Source: a bacterium (lineage in GTDB: Bacteria > CLD3 > SB21). From it: a stretch of 41,032 nt of DNA. The stretch is taken from NCBI GenBank assembly GCA_013360215.1, contig JABWCP010000029.1:1-41032 (forward strand). The letters run 5' to 3'. The notes beneath the pieces were generated by a model, which was not told the DNA's origin, made no database searches, and worked only from the letters and a program-made list of their open reading frames with translations. Position 1 is the first letter of the stretch, and every line of letters starts with the position of its first letter. This document shows, piece after piece, positions 19,484 through 29,219 of the stretch. The position numbers and the translations under genes were made by a program.

Positions 19484-19942
19484 ATGCGTGACTATGTATT
19501 ATTTGCCGTATTAGCGGGATTAGCATGGGGGCTGGGAGGGTATTTTGAAAAATCAGGATTGCGTGCGATGGGAATACCACCGATTGCAGGGATTACTTTG
19601 CGCACCGGAGTAGCGTTCATTTTATTAGCGTTATTATCCATACCGGCATGGAAACAGATTGCCAATGTAAACGATACGACGGCGTGGGTCATGATCATCA
19701 TCGGTGGCGGCGTAGTAGCCGGAAGTCTTGGCATGTGGAGTTTTTACAAATCCTTATCCACGACGGAAAACCTCGGAGTTACGTTGGCTTTGGCGTTTTC
19801 GATTTCACCGATCGCAGGCACTGTGATGGGATTATTCAAAAGCAATCAACCGATGAACTGGCAAACAGGTATCGGTTTAGTCACGATTATCATAGGCATC
19901 ATCATTCTCCAGACGTCGCATACACCGACAACCAAACCTTGA
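19484..19942 (+). CDS. EamA/DMT-family small transporter (single repeat)
   Basis: ATG 19484 with AAGGAG RBS; five TMs; LAWGLGGYFEK and FYKSL motifs. Confidence 0.8.
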   Translation: MRDYVLFAVLAGLAWGLGGYFEKSGLRAMGIPPIAGITLRTGVAFILLALLSIPAWKQIANVNDTTAWVMIIIGGGVVAGSLGMWSFYKSLSTTENLGVTLALAFSISPIAGTVMGLFKSNQPMNWQTGIGLVTIIIGIIILQTSHTPTTKP

Positions 19943-19987
19943 ATTTAATTGATCATAACAGCCTTCAACTCTACGAAAGGTGACGGC

Positions 19988-22219
19988 ATGAAAACATTCA
20001 TTCTGAGTATATTTTTGTTTCTGCAATGGCCATTGGTTTCGCAGGACAGCACGATGTTATCGTTGGAGCGAATTTTTGATTCCGATGAATTGCAGTCACG
20101 TTTTTTTGGTCCGGCGCGGTGGTTAAAAGACGACAAAGGTTATACGACGCTTGAAGTGTCGGATCGAGCGGAAGGTAAAGATATCATTAAGTATGATGCG
20201 GCTACCGGGACGCGTACCGTATTGATCGGCGCTGAAAAGCTAATACCGCAGGGGCAAACCCGTCCTCTCAAAATATCCGATTATTTCTGGTCTTCCGATG
20301 ATTCACGGTTATTGATTTTTACCAATACACGCAAAGTCTGGCGATATAATACGCGGGGCGATTATTGGGTACTGGATATTGGGACGGGAAAACTACATAA
20401 GCTCGGTGGTGCCGACGCCAAAACATCCACCCTGATGTTTGCTAAATTTTCTCCGGACGGTCAGCAAGTGGCGTATGTTAGGGAAAATAATATCTACACA
20501 GAAAACCTGTTAACCGGGAAAATCACACAATTGACTTTCGACGGTTCCGATGTCATCATCAACGGAACGTTTGATTGGGTATATGAAGAAGAATTTGGCT
20601 GCCGAGACGGATTTCGATGGAGTCCCGATAGTCGTGCTGTTGCATATTGGCAATTGAATGCTGAGGGTATCGGTGTGTTTTATATGATTAACAACACGGA
20701 TTCAGTTTATTCCAAAGTCATTCCGGTGCAGTATCCCAAAGCCGGATATCCGAATTCATTCTGTCGTGTCGGTGTAGTTTCTGCCAGCGGCGGTACTACG
20801 GTATGGATGCAAACACCCGGCGATCCGCGGGATAATTATATTCCTCGAATGGAATGGGCAGGAACATCAGAAGCCATCGTCATGCGACACCTCAATCGCT
20901 TGCAAAATACTTTGCAGATCATGCTCGGTGATGTAAAATCCGGCATTGTACAAACGATAGCCACCGATAAAGATAGTGCATGGATTGATATAGATGATGA
21001 ATTTAAAGTACTGGATGGCGGAAAAGGATTTTTATGGATTAGTGAGCGTGACGGATGGCGGCATGTGTATAAGACCAGTCGCGACGGTAAAAAAACGGAG
21101 CTTCTTACGCCGGTTAATTTTGATGTGATCAAAGTTATACTCGCACAAGAAAAAGAAAACATGCTTTATTATACGGCGTCACCCGAAAATGCTACGCAAC
21201 GTTTTTTATATCGCATGAAAATGGACGGTAAAGGGAAAGCCGAACGCATTACAACGGAGACCGGAGGTTGGCATGATTATCAGATTTCGCCCGATGCAAA
21301 ATACGCGATACATAAATATTCGTCTATGCAACTGCCACAAATAGTTGAAGTTGTAGACCTTCCGAAACATAAAACATTACGTACTCTGGAAGACAATCTG
21401 GCTTTGCGTCAACGACTGGCAGGGTTAAAAATAAATGCACCGGAGTTTTTTAAAATTGAAGCCGGCAATGGGTTGATGTTAGACGGGTGGATGCTTAAAC
21501 CGGCATCCTTTGATGCGACGAAAAAATATCCTCTCTTTGTTTTTGTCTATGGCGAACCTGCCGAACAAACAGTAGCCGATAATTGGGATGGCGCTGATTA
21601 TTTGTGGCATCAGATGCTCGCTCAGCAAGGATATATCGTGATCAGCTTAGATCCGCGTGGTACACCTGCGCCGCGGGGCAGAGCTTGGCGTAAAGCGATA
21701 TATAAACAATTAGGATGGCTTGCTCCGATGGATTTGGCTGAAGGAGTGCGTCGTGTGACGACGTGGCCTTATATTGACAAGTCGCGTGTGGGCATCTGGG
21801 GCTGGAGCGGCGGCGGCGCTTCGACATTGCAGTCGATGTTTAGATTTCCGGACGTATTTCACGTCGGCATGTGTGTTTCACCCGTGACGGATCAGCGAAA
21901 CTATGATAATATATATACCGAGCGTTATATGGGTTTTCCCAAAGATAACCTGGAATGGTTCTTAAAAGCTTCGCCGATCAGCTATGTACAAAATCTGAAA
22001 GGAAAACTCTTACTGGTGCACGGTACAGGTGATGACAATGTACATTATCAGAATACGGAAATGTTGATTAATGCGCTGATCGCGGCAGGAAAACCGTTTG
22101 ATATGATGGCTTACCCCAATCGAACGCACAATATTGATGAAGGAGACGGAACCTCGTTGCATCTGTATTCGCTATTGACACGGTACCTCAAGGAACATCT
22201 TAAACCGGGGCCGCAATAA
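19988..22219 (+). CDS. Dipeptidyl-peptidase IV (S9B), secreted
   Basis: Signal peptide; DWVYEEE; GWSGGG nucleophile; DDNVH; C-terminal catalytic His. Confidence 0.93.
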   Translation: MKTFILSIFLFLQWPLVSQDSTMLSLERIFDSDELQSRFFGPARWLKDDKGYTTLEVSDRAEGKDIIKYDAATGTRTVLIGAEKLIPQGQTRPLKISDYFWSSDDSRLLIFTNTRKVWRYNTRGDYWVLDIGTGKLHKLGGADAKTSTLMFAKFSPDGQQVAYVRENNIYTENLLTGKITQLTFDGSDVIINGTFDWVYEEEFGCRDGFRWSPDSRAVAYWQLNAEGIGVFYMINNTDSVYSKVIPVQYPKAGYPNSFCRVGVVSASGGTTVWMQTPGDPRDNYIPRMEWAGTSEAIVMRHLNRLQNTLQIMLGDVKSGIVQTIATDKDSAWIDIDDEFKVLDGGKGFLWISERDGWRHVYKTSRDGKKTELLTPVNFDVIKVILAQEKENMLYYTASPENATQRFLYRMKMDGKGKAERITTETGGWHDYQISPDAKYAIHKYSSMQLPQIVEVVDLPKHKTLRTLEDNLALRQRLAGLKINAPEFFKIEAGNGLMLDGWMLKPASFDATKKYPLFVFVYGEPAEQTVADNWDGADYLWHQMLAQQGYIVISLDPRGTPAPRGRAWRKAIYKQLGWLAPMDLAEGVRRVTTWPYIDKSRVGIWGWSGGGASTLQSMFRFPDVFHVGMCVSPVTDQRNYDNIYTERYMGFPKDNLEWFLKASPISYVQNLKGKLLLVHGTGDDNVHYQNTEMLINALIAAGKPFDMMAYPNRTHNIDEGDGTSLHLYSLLTRYLKEHLKPGPQ

Positions 22220-22252
22220 AATGTATTCGTCGAAATTTGAAAGATCATTGTT

Positions 22253-23443
22253 TTGGTGAAAACACTTCGACATGCCATCGTTTGGTTTGCTGTTATTTGC
22301 TGTGTTATGGCCGTATCCTTGTTGTTTGAGAAACCGCGTGATGCGGCGTTAGCTTTTTTGTTTATTATAGATATGGCTACGCCGGAGGCCTCCGATCTTT
22401 ATCAAGTCGTAACGGATGAAATAGTTGTCACACATGATTCTCTTGATCGTGAGTCAAAAAAAACGCTGTATTATTCTATTTATTCGCCACCCGGAAATCA
22501 TAAAAAATCAGCGATCATCATGGCGCATGGGTTTACTGAAAAAGGAAACAACGATCGAAGGTTACAACGTATGGCGCATCGTATGGCGCGTGCCGGTTTT
22601 ATTGTAATGACGCCTGAGTTTCCTATGATGCGGCGGTTTCGTATAAGTATGGAAGATGCAGACAACACCATGGAAGCTTTTCGTATAGTGAAGCAACGAC
22701 CGGATGTTGACTCGTCGTCTATCGGTTTGATGGGATTCAGTTATGGTGCGGGTCCGGTTATTATGGCGTTATCTGATTCTTCGATCAGAGATCAAGTACG
22801 CTTTGGTGTTATTTTTGGGGGTTATTTTGATATTCGAAAAACACTCAAATATACTTTAACAGGATATTACACGACCGATACCGGTCAAGAAATGCGCTCT
22901 GTATCTAAAAATAATGACCGATGGAAATTTCTATTGGGCAATATACCGGAAAGTGGGAACGAAAAATCGCTGGTTATTTTTAAATCTATAATCGCTCAAA
23001 AAATAACGGATGCCGGATATGACCCCGGGAAAAATTTTCTTTCATTGGATAGCACGCATCAATCACTGTATCGATTTATAGAAAATCAGAATCCCTCGGC
23101 TTTTGATGTATTGTACGCAGCTTTACCCAACGATTTTCGTTCTAAATTAGAATTGGCTGATCTTACGTCGTATGCGCACTTAATTCACTCCTACATGATC
23201 ATCGGCCACAGTGATCAGGATCGTGTCGTCCCGTACACCGAGAGTTTAGCATTAGCAAAAAATCTCACTTCGGCACCGGCTCCTTTTGTAGCTGTTACAA
23301 GTTTATTCACACACGTCAATTTAAAGATCGAATGGGGTTCTTTAACCCAAATTTTTACTGAAACGATTCAGGGATTTTTTCGATTATGGAAAATGACGTA
23401 TCATATTATGCGTATGCGTCATATACCGGTAGCCATTGCATAG
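22253..23443 (+). CDS. Alpha/beta-hydrolase with N-terminal membrane anchor
   Basis: AHGF oxyanion region, GFSYG nucleophile elbow, DRVVP and FTHV; TTG start uncertain. Confidence 0.78.
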   Translation: MVKTLRHAIVWFAVICCVMAVSLLFEKPRDAALAFLFIIDMATPEASDLYQVVTDEIVVTHDSLDRESKKTLYYSIYSPPGNHKKSAIIMAHGFTEKGNNDRRLQRMAHRMARAGFIVMTPEFPMMRRFRISMEDADNTMEAFRIVKQRPDVDSSSIGLMGFSYGAGPVIMALSDSSIRDQVRFGVIFGGYFDIRKTLKYTLTGYYTTDTGQEMRSVSKNNDRWKFLLGNIPESGNEKSLVIFKSIIAQKITDAGYDPGKNFLSLDSTHQSLYRFIENQNPSAFDVLYAALPNDFRSKLELADLTSYAHLIHSYMIIGHSDQDRVVPYTESLALAKNLTSAPAPFVAVTSLFTHVNLKIEWGSLTQIFTETIQGFFRLWKMTYHIMRMRHIPVAIA

Positions 23444-23465
23444 CCCATCAGATAATTTAAAACAG

Positions 23466-24647
23466 ATGATGATTGAAACGGCAAATATAATTTCACTCAG
23501 GCGGCTTTTTGTTTTGAGTTGGTTTTTTGTAACCACGATCTGCGGGCAAAATTTGTATGAGAATCTGCAAAGCAGTTCAGGTGACACACCAGTGGATGTA
23601 TCACGTCGCACCAAAGGGCGTCGTTTTACGCCTATACCTTTGGTGAATTATACATCCGATGACGGTACGGGTTATGGTCTTCGTATGTGCGTGTATGACT
23701 ATGATAGTGTCACGGTGCCGTATCGTCGTGCTTTGAAAGCACAGTACTTTGTGACGACAGAGGGAAAATGGGCGCATGTGTTGTCTTTGGATTATCCGAA
23801 TTTTCTTAAAGGTCACCGTTTTGATTTCGAGTTAGCTTACGATAAGCTCGAGTTTGCCAATTATTACGGAGAACTTTCTAATCATATGGTGGATAGTTTG
23901 CGTTTGAGTAAATCACAACGAACTTTTCGTCAAGCTACACCGAGCGCATCCCTAACATGGATTTATGATCTGCATGGGCCATGGCGCCTTCGCGGCGGTG
24001 TGAGTATTCGCCATACTTCGGTCAAGCCCAATGCTGATTCAGGTAATATCCTTAAGGAACTGAAACCGGTGGGTTATAAAGGTGGTGTATTGTGGAAATT
24101 GGACGCTGCCATGCGATATGATACACGTGATAATTATATCAATTCCACGCGCGGGATATTAGAAGAGTTGCTTGTAGAATATAAAATAGGAGGAGAAGGG
24201 GATTATCAGGGGTGGCTCGCGAGTTATGAACATCGGCATTTCATTCCTATCACACCAAGTGTCGTGGCGGGATATCGTTTAGCGGCTGATCAAGTCTTTG
24301 GACAGATACCATTTTATGACGAATTGAAGCTGGGTGGTGAAGGTTCGGTGCGCGGTATGCCGTCGGCAAGGCGACGCGGGCAAGGTCGTTTTTTGGTTAA
24401 TACCGAACTGCGATGGCGTGGAATACATTTGTCGGATCGCCGTAATATGATGCTTGGGGTTATACTATTCACCGATGCGGGGCAAATTTATAAACGGAAA
24501 GACGGGCCATCCCTGATACCAAAAAACTGGCATGCCGGATACGGCGGAGGGCTTCGATTTTATTGGCATAGCACGATTATACGAACCGATTATGGCATTT
24601 CCGAAGGCGGAAGCGGTTTATACATTTTATTTTCACAGGTATTTTGA
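23466..24647 (+). CDS. Omp85/BamA-TamA-family outer-membrane beta-barrel lacking POTRA domains; alternative TTG start at 23436
   Basis: YDTRDN, LGGEGSVRG, FTDAGQ and GYGGGLRF motifs; C-terminal Phe. Confidence 0.85.
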   Translation: MMIETANIISLRRLFVLSWFFVTTICGQNLYENLQSSSGDTPVDVSRRTKGRRFTPIPLVNYTSDDGTGYGLRMCVYDYDSVTVPYRRALKAQYFVTTEGKWAHVLSLDYPNFLKGHRFDFELAYDKLEFANYYGELSNHMVDSLRLSKSQRTFRQATPSASLTWIYDLHGPWRLRGGVSIRHTSVKPNADSGNILKELKPVGYKGGVLWKLDAAMRYDTRDNYINSTRGILEELLVEYKIGGEGDYQGWLASYEHRHFIPITPSVVAGYRLAADQVFGQIPFYDELKLGGEGSVRGMPSARRRGQGRFLVNTELRWRGIHLSDRRNMMLGVILFTDAGQIYKRKDGPSLIPKNWHAGYGGGLRFYWHSTIIRTDYGISEGGSGLYILFSQVF

Positions 24648-24682
24648 TCTGATTCACAGATCACTAGAGCCCTTATTAAAAC

Positions 24683-24710
24683 AAAAAACGGCGAGTTTAG
24701 CTCGCCGTTT
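24683..24710 (-). terminator. Intrinsic terminator of icd (possibly bidirectional)
   Basis: AAACGGCGAG-tttag-CTCGCCGTTT with an A6 run that gives a U tail on the minus strand. Confidence 0.8.
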
Positions 24711-24730
24711 CATATTTACTTTTTTTGGTA

Positions 24731-25966
24731 TTACATATTTGCGATGATCGCATCGCCAAATTCGCTACACTTGATTTCTTTTGCACCATCCATCAGGCGG
24801 GCAAAATCATAGGTAACCGTTTTTTTTGCGATCGAGGTTTCAAGTCCTTTGATCAAAAGATCGGCAACTTCATTCCAACCCATATAGCGAAACATCATTT
24901 CGCCGGACAATATCACCGAACCGGGGTTGACTTTATCTAAATCGGCGTATTTAGGTGCTGTGCCGTGTGTAGCCTCAAATACGGCATGACCGGTGATATA
25001 ATTGATATTACCGCCCGGAGCTATACCGATGCCGCCGACTTGTGCAGCTAAGGCATCCGACAGATAATCACCGTTGAGGTTCATCGTGGCAATGACATCA
25101 AAATCTTCCGGCCGCGTCAGTACTTGCTGTAGTGTGATGTCGGCGATAGCGTCTTTGATGATAACACCACTAGGCAATTTGACCCACGGCCCGCCGTCAA
25201 TTTCCACACCTCCGAATTCGCGTTTGGCTAATTCATAACCCCAATCACGAAATGCACCTTCGGTGTATTTCATGATATTGCCTTTGTGCACAAGCGTCAC
25301 GCTCTTACGTTTTTGTGCGATGGCATATTGGATGGCGGAGCGAATCAAGCGTTCGGAACCTTCGCGTGATACCGGTTTGATACCGATGCCGCTCGTTTCG
25401 GGGAATCGTACTTTTTTAACGCCCATCTCATTTTGAAGCCAGGCGATTACTTTTTTAGCTTCCGGAGATCCTTCTTTCCATTCGATACCGGCGTAGATGT
25501 CTTCCGTATTTTCGCGGAAAATCACCATATCCACTTTTTCGGGGCGTTTGACAGGAGAGGGAACGCCGTTAAAATAACGCACAGGGCGTAAACAGACATA
25601 TAGATCGAGTGTTTGACGTAAGGCTACATTGAGACTGCGAATGCCTCCGCCCACCGGTGTCGTGAGGGGACCCTTGATCGAAACGAGATACTCTTTGCAA
25701 GCAGTGATGGTATCATCGGGAAGCCAAGTATTGTATTGATCAAATGATTTTTGTCCGGCATATACTTCAAACCAATGAATTTTTTTCTTACCGCCATAAG
25801 CTTTTTGTACAGCGGCATCAAACACACGTACCGATGCACGCCAAATGTCACGACCGGTACCATCACCTTCGATAAACGGTATGACCGGATTATCGGGTAC
25901 TTGGAGTACACCGTTTTGGATTGAAATTTTTTGACCTTCTTTGGGGGGAGTAATGTCTTTGTACAC
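24731..25966 (-). CDS. icd: NADP-dependent isocitrate dehydrogenase (E. coli type), GTG start
   Basis: [35 protein letters not shown] and [11 protein letters not shown] motifs; AAGGAA RBS before GTG at 25966 (ORF-track start 26059 is too long). Confidence 0.96.
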   Translation of the reverse strand: MYKDITPPKEGQKISIQNGVLQVPDNPVIPFIEGDGTGRDIWRASVRVFDAAVQKAYGGKKKIHWFEVYAGQKSFDQYNTWLPDDTITACKEYLVSIKGPLTTPVGGGIRSLNVALRQTLDLYVCLRPVRYFNGVPSPVKRPEKVDMVIFRENTEDIYAGIEWKEGSPEAKKVIAWLQNEMGVKKVRFPETSGIGIKPVSREGSERLIRSAIQYAIAQKRKSVTLVHKGNIMKYTEGAFRDWGYELAKREFGGVEIDGGPWVKLPSGVIIKDAIADITLQQVLTRPEDFDVIATMNLNGDYLSDALAAQVGGIGIAPGGNINYITGHAVFEATHGTAPKYADLDKVNPGSVILSGEMMFRYMGWNEVADLLIKGLETSIAKKTVTYDFARLMDGAKEIKCSEFGDAIIANM

Positions 25967-26012
25967 GGTTGGCTTCCTTATCGTGGTGAATGATGTGACG
26001 AAATGGTTTGAA

Positions 26013-26041
26013 AATATAGTTCCGATAAACCGCAAACTCAA
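26013..26041 (-). promoter_or_regulatory. Putative sigma70 promoter of icd
   Basis: TTGAGT-N17-TATATT on the minus strand. Confidence 0.55.
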
Positions 26042-26116
26042 GTCGGTCGCGAATATCATTCAAAAAAGCCAACTTCGATACAAAGAACAATGACAAACGT
26101 CAGGCTCGATAGAGAA

Positions 26117-26221
26117 TTACAATCCGTCTGAATAACGATCCCGGCGATCACCATTGCCGTAGAATATCGCCATCACCATAACAACCATAAAAAAAGCAAG
26201 TGCCATAATCATGTACTGCAT
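26117..26221 (-). CDS. Small 34-aa single-TM protein MQYMIMALAFFMVVMVMAIFYGNGDRRDRYSDGL, not in the ORF track
   Basis: ATG preceded by GAAAGGGA; hydrophobic 21-mer plus charged tail; TATAAT at 26269-26264 and CRP box upstream. Confidence 0.6.
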   Translation of the reverse strand: MQYMIMALAFFMVVMVMAIFYGNGDRRDRYSDGL

Positions 26222-26263
26222 AAAATCCCTTTCAAAAAACGATTACAACCATCGTTCAATAGG

Positions 26264-26307
26264 ATTATACATGAAAACCGTGTATTCGGTTTGTGATAGA
26301 GGTCACA
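26264..26307 (-). promoter_or_regulatory. CRP-type site plus -10 element (class II-like promoter)
   Basis: TGTGAtagaggTCACA at 26292-26307; perfect TATAAT on the minus strand at 26269-26264. Confidence 0.68.
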
Positions 26308-26354
26308 GGTTAATAGAGTGCGTCAAATAGTTGACGCCGATAGAGGTAAGTTAA

Positions 26355-27380
26355 TTAAAAATAGAGTTTATCTACGATAGATCGCGAATATTGCAGGGAA
26401 CAAACGCAACGCTGGCATATCGAATTTTGTGATATATCTAGGTTTTTCCGGAAGTGTATTGCATCGTCCCCATTTAGTATTTCCGGAAGTGGTTGATTGA
26501 AAAAATTTCCTAACGATGCATGAAAAAAACAAGGACGCACAGAGCCATCGGATTCTACCACAGCCGAAACCCACGGGGCGTTACAGGGTGGAGATTTGAA
26601 TGAACCTAAACCATGCACCGCTTCGTAATAATCTGCGATGCGCAGCAGTTTCTGAGGAGATTCTGAAATCCATCGCGTATGAAAAGCGTTATTAAATTCC
26701 TTTACTATATCTGACAAGCTCTGGCGCAGATCAGGAAGTTCATTGGGTGAGGGTATTATGGGATCTGTTTGTTCGGATTGCAAAGGCGAGGTGTGGTTAA
26801 AGGCTTGCGAATGCATATCCGCCGGTAAAAAACTCAACCGGCGTAACCCCATGTCTTGTGCGGCGATAATGAGTTCTTTTAAAAATCGGAAGTTTGATTT
26901 TTGGACTACACATCGCGCGGATATATTAAACTCCGGCTTAACGGTCAGTATGCTTTTAATGCCCACACGGATCTTTTCAAAGCCTCCGGGAATATTACGA
27001 ATGGTATCGTGAATTTGCGCCGGGCCGTCTAGAGATACGATCACCTCATCAATATGATCGGTAATGGATCGGGCAAACCGATCTAACAAAAGTCCGGTGG
27101 ATAATAATGTAAGTTTGATATCTGAAATTGATTTTAATGATGTGCAAAATTCAAACAAAGCGGGGTGAAGTAAGGCCTCACCGCCCGAAAAAACCACTTC
27201 ACGCACTCGCAACGATCGGATATCGTTTTCCAGTTTTTTAAAAATATCAGAATCCCACGATCGTAGATTTGAGTTGGATTTCCAGATATCACACATAAGG
27301 CAACGGCAATTGCAAGCGCTATGCGGCATCAGTACCAGTACAGGCAATGTTTTGATAGATTTTGATCTAAAAAAAGTCAT
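26355..27380 (-). CDS. Radical SAM enzyme with twitch/SPASM domain
   Basis: CNCRCLMC motif, SGGEAL, VSLDG; C-terminal CNAPW...DGSVRPC...CQRCVC; start at an ATGA overlap with the upstream gene, GGAG RBS. Confidence 0.9.
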   Translation of the reverse strand: MTFFRSKSIKTLPVLVLMPHSACNCRCLMCDIWKSNSNLRSWDSDIFKKLENDIRSLRVREVVFSGGEALLHPALFEFCTSLKSISDIKLTLLSTGLLLDRFARSITDHIDEVIVSLDGPAQIHDTIRNIPGGFEKIRVGIKSILTVKPEFNISARCVVQKSNFRFLKELIIAAQDMGLRRLSFLPADMHSQAFNHTSPLQSEQTDPIIPSPNELPDLRQSLSDIVKEFNNAFHTRWISESPQKLLRIADYYEAVHGLGSFKSPPCNAPWVSAVVESDGSVRPCFFHASLGNFFNQPLPEILNGDDAIHFRKNLDISQNSICQRCVCSLQYSRSIVDKLYF

Positions 27381-28552
27381 ATCCATGTCTCCGCTATTTT
27401 CCATACGGGATTTTGTTGAAGAAAAACGGAAGGAACGCCCGATGTTATGCGTTTCATCAACGAGGGCATATGTATGCACAGATAGTTTTGACGGATAAAT
27501 AACCTTTTTAATCGAAACGGCCAGCTGTGCGGCGGCTCACCGCGCAATAATCTTACACATCCGTTATGCAGCACCAGTCGGATATCATCGGGGTAAGTCG
27601 AAGTCAAATTCGTTTTGTAATCTTCTTGTTTGCGTGTTGCTATGAATAGATCAGCCGGTGCGCCTTTCGTAATGGCCATCGGCTTTTGTAAGCCGAATAT
27701 TCGTGATGGTCCGTTTGTTACCATGTGAAATATTTCATTCTCTGAAACCAGTCCTGTTTTAATGGCGTCACGAATTTCATCCAAAAGCGTCGGTGATCCG
27801 GTCAGAGTGGAATCGGTACCAAGGGCAACGGGAATGCGGTGTTTAAGCATATCTATCGGCGCAGTTCTTCCGAATAAGTATATATTGGAAGAAGGACACC
27901 AAACCAACGAAGCGCCTTTCTCCTGAAGACGATTTATTTGGTTTGCGGATACGGCAACACCATGAACCAGCACGGTTTGTTTCCGGAGATATCCTAAATT
28001 ATCCAATTCATCAATCTCTCTGGCCGCGCGCTCATTGATTCCTTCCGCAGCATGTATAATCAGCTTTTGTGTACCAAACCAACGCCTGCGGATTTTTTCC
28101 CCAAATACCAACGAATGCATCCATTGGTATCGGCTAAATACAGAGATCGGAAAACCAAAACGAAACCGCGCATGGTATGGATTGTGATGTACGACAGTAG
28201 TTACGCCTGAAATAATATTTTTAAATGCACCAAACAATAACCGATCGCGGAGCGGTAATGCCTCTATGTCAGAAACAGGCGCCGCATGGGGTTTATAAAT
28301 ATCATTTGCCCAAGCAACGTAGTCCTCATATGGCGGTTTCCCTAGCCTCGGATAAATATTCATTTCAAGATGATCGTGACTATTGATCAAACCCGGGTAA
28401 ACAAAATCGCCTTTACCGTCAATTACGATTTCACTCTTGTTTGGTTTTATGTCCTTATCAATTTCTACAATGTGACCATTCTTGATACGTAATGCGCCGC
28501 ATTGCAATTGTTCTTCATGTTCCCAGTTGACGTTTTGTATAAGCAGTTCCAT
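27377..28552 (-). CDS. Amidohydrolase-superfamily deaminase-like protein
   Basis: PGLINSHDH (HxH), HAAEG (HxxE), LVHG, CPSSN and LGTDS motifs; start at MELLIQ. Confidence 0.88.
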   Translation of the reverse strand: MELLIQNVNWEHEEQLQCGALRIKNGHIVEIDKDIKPNKSEIVIDGKGDFVYPGLINSHDHLEMNIYPRLGKPPYEDYVAWANDIYKPHAAPVSDIEALPLRDRLLFGAFKNIISGVTTVVHHNPYHARFRFGFPISVFSRYQWMHSLVFGEKIRRRWFGTQKLIIHAAEGINERAAREIDELDNLGYLRKQTVLVHGVAVSANQINRLQEKGASLVWCPSSNIYLFGRTAPIDMLKHRIPVALGTDSTLTGSPTLLDEIRDAIKTGLVSENEIFHMVTNGPSRIFGLQKPMAITKGAPADLFIATRKQEDYKTNLTSTYPDDIRLVLHNGCVRLLRGEPPHSWPFRLKRLFIRQNYLCIHMPSLMKRITSGVPSVFLQQNPVWKIAETWI

Positions 28553-28559
28553 GTACCAA

Positions 28560-29219
28560 TCATTTTTTTTGGCATTGCATTGCAAATACTACCGGTGTAT
28601 TGAGCCACGAAGCTTCGTTATGTTGTAAGCATGTGAAGCCTGTATCTTCAAGCATTCCACGGTATGTTTCAAGAGTATGAGTATGGTGCGTTACAGTGTA
28701 AGTCACACCGTGATGATCAAAAGAGCGTTTCATACCCTGATGCGCTGCATGCGGATGAAAATCCGTAATAATCAATATTCCGTCAGGACGTAAAGCGTCA
28801 TAAATGCTGTGAAGAATAAGGTTCGGATCGTCGGTGTGTGCCAGAACCAGAGCGCATACGGCCACATCGAATGGTTCATCAACAACAAATGACTGTTTTT
28901 CTGAGATCGTACGAAATTCGGCTTTGTCGGATGGAATCAACTTCCGAGCTTTAATGATCATGTTTTCTGAAATATCAAGACCTAACACGCGTGCGGCACC
29001 ATGATCTAATGCAAGCTTACATGCATGACCTGTTCCGCAACCCACATCAAGTAAAGCTTTGTCTTTCATTTCAGGTAAATATTCTGAAACCATATTATCG
29101 GAAAACGATTTTACGGGATTACGTTCGGTGTCGTATGATTCAGACCACAGATTGTATGCTTCTTTAGGATTGAGCTGAACAGGTGCTTTCCCGAAGAATT
29201 TGCGTACGCGCCGGAACAT
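28560..29219 (-). CDS. Class I SAM-dependent methyltransferase (BioC/UbiE-like)
   Basis: LLDVGCGTG, LDISENM, LRPDG. Confidence 0.9.
   Translation of the reverse strand: MFRRVRKFFGKAPVQLNPKEAYNLWSESYDTERNPVKSFSDNMVSEYLPEMKDKALLDVGCGTGHACKLALDHGAARVLGLDISENMIIKARKLIPSDKAEFRTISEKQSFVVDEPFDVAVCALVLAHTDDPNLILHSIYDALRPDGILIITDFHPHAAHQGMKRSFDHHGVTYTVTHHTHTLETYRGMLEDTGFTCLQHNEASWLNTPVVFAMQCQKK

Noticed and set aside
24643-24658. Near-consensus CRP box TTTGA-N6-TCACA
   Set aside because: Overlaps a stop codon between convergent genes, with no promoter to regulate
25967-26059. N-terminal extension of icd in the ORF track
   Set aside because: RBS plus GTG at 25966 and a promoter at 26013-26041 indicate the shorter start
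27381-27479. Long overlap between the amidohydrolase and twitch rSAM ORFs
   Set aside because: Resolved by the ATGA-coupled start at 27380; no frameshift needed
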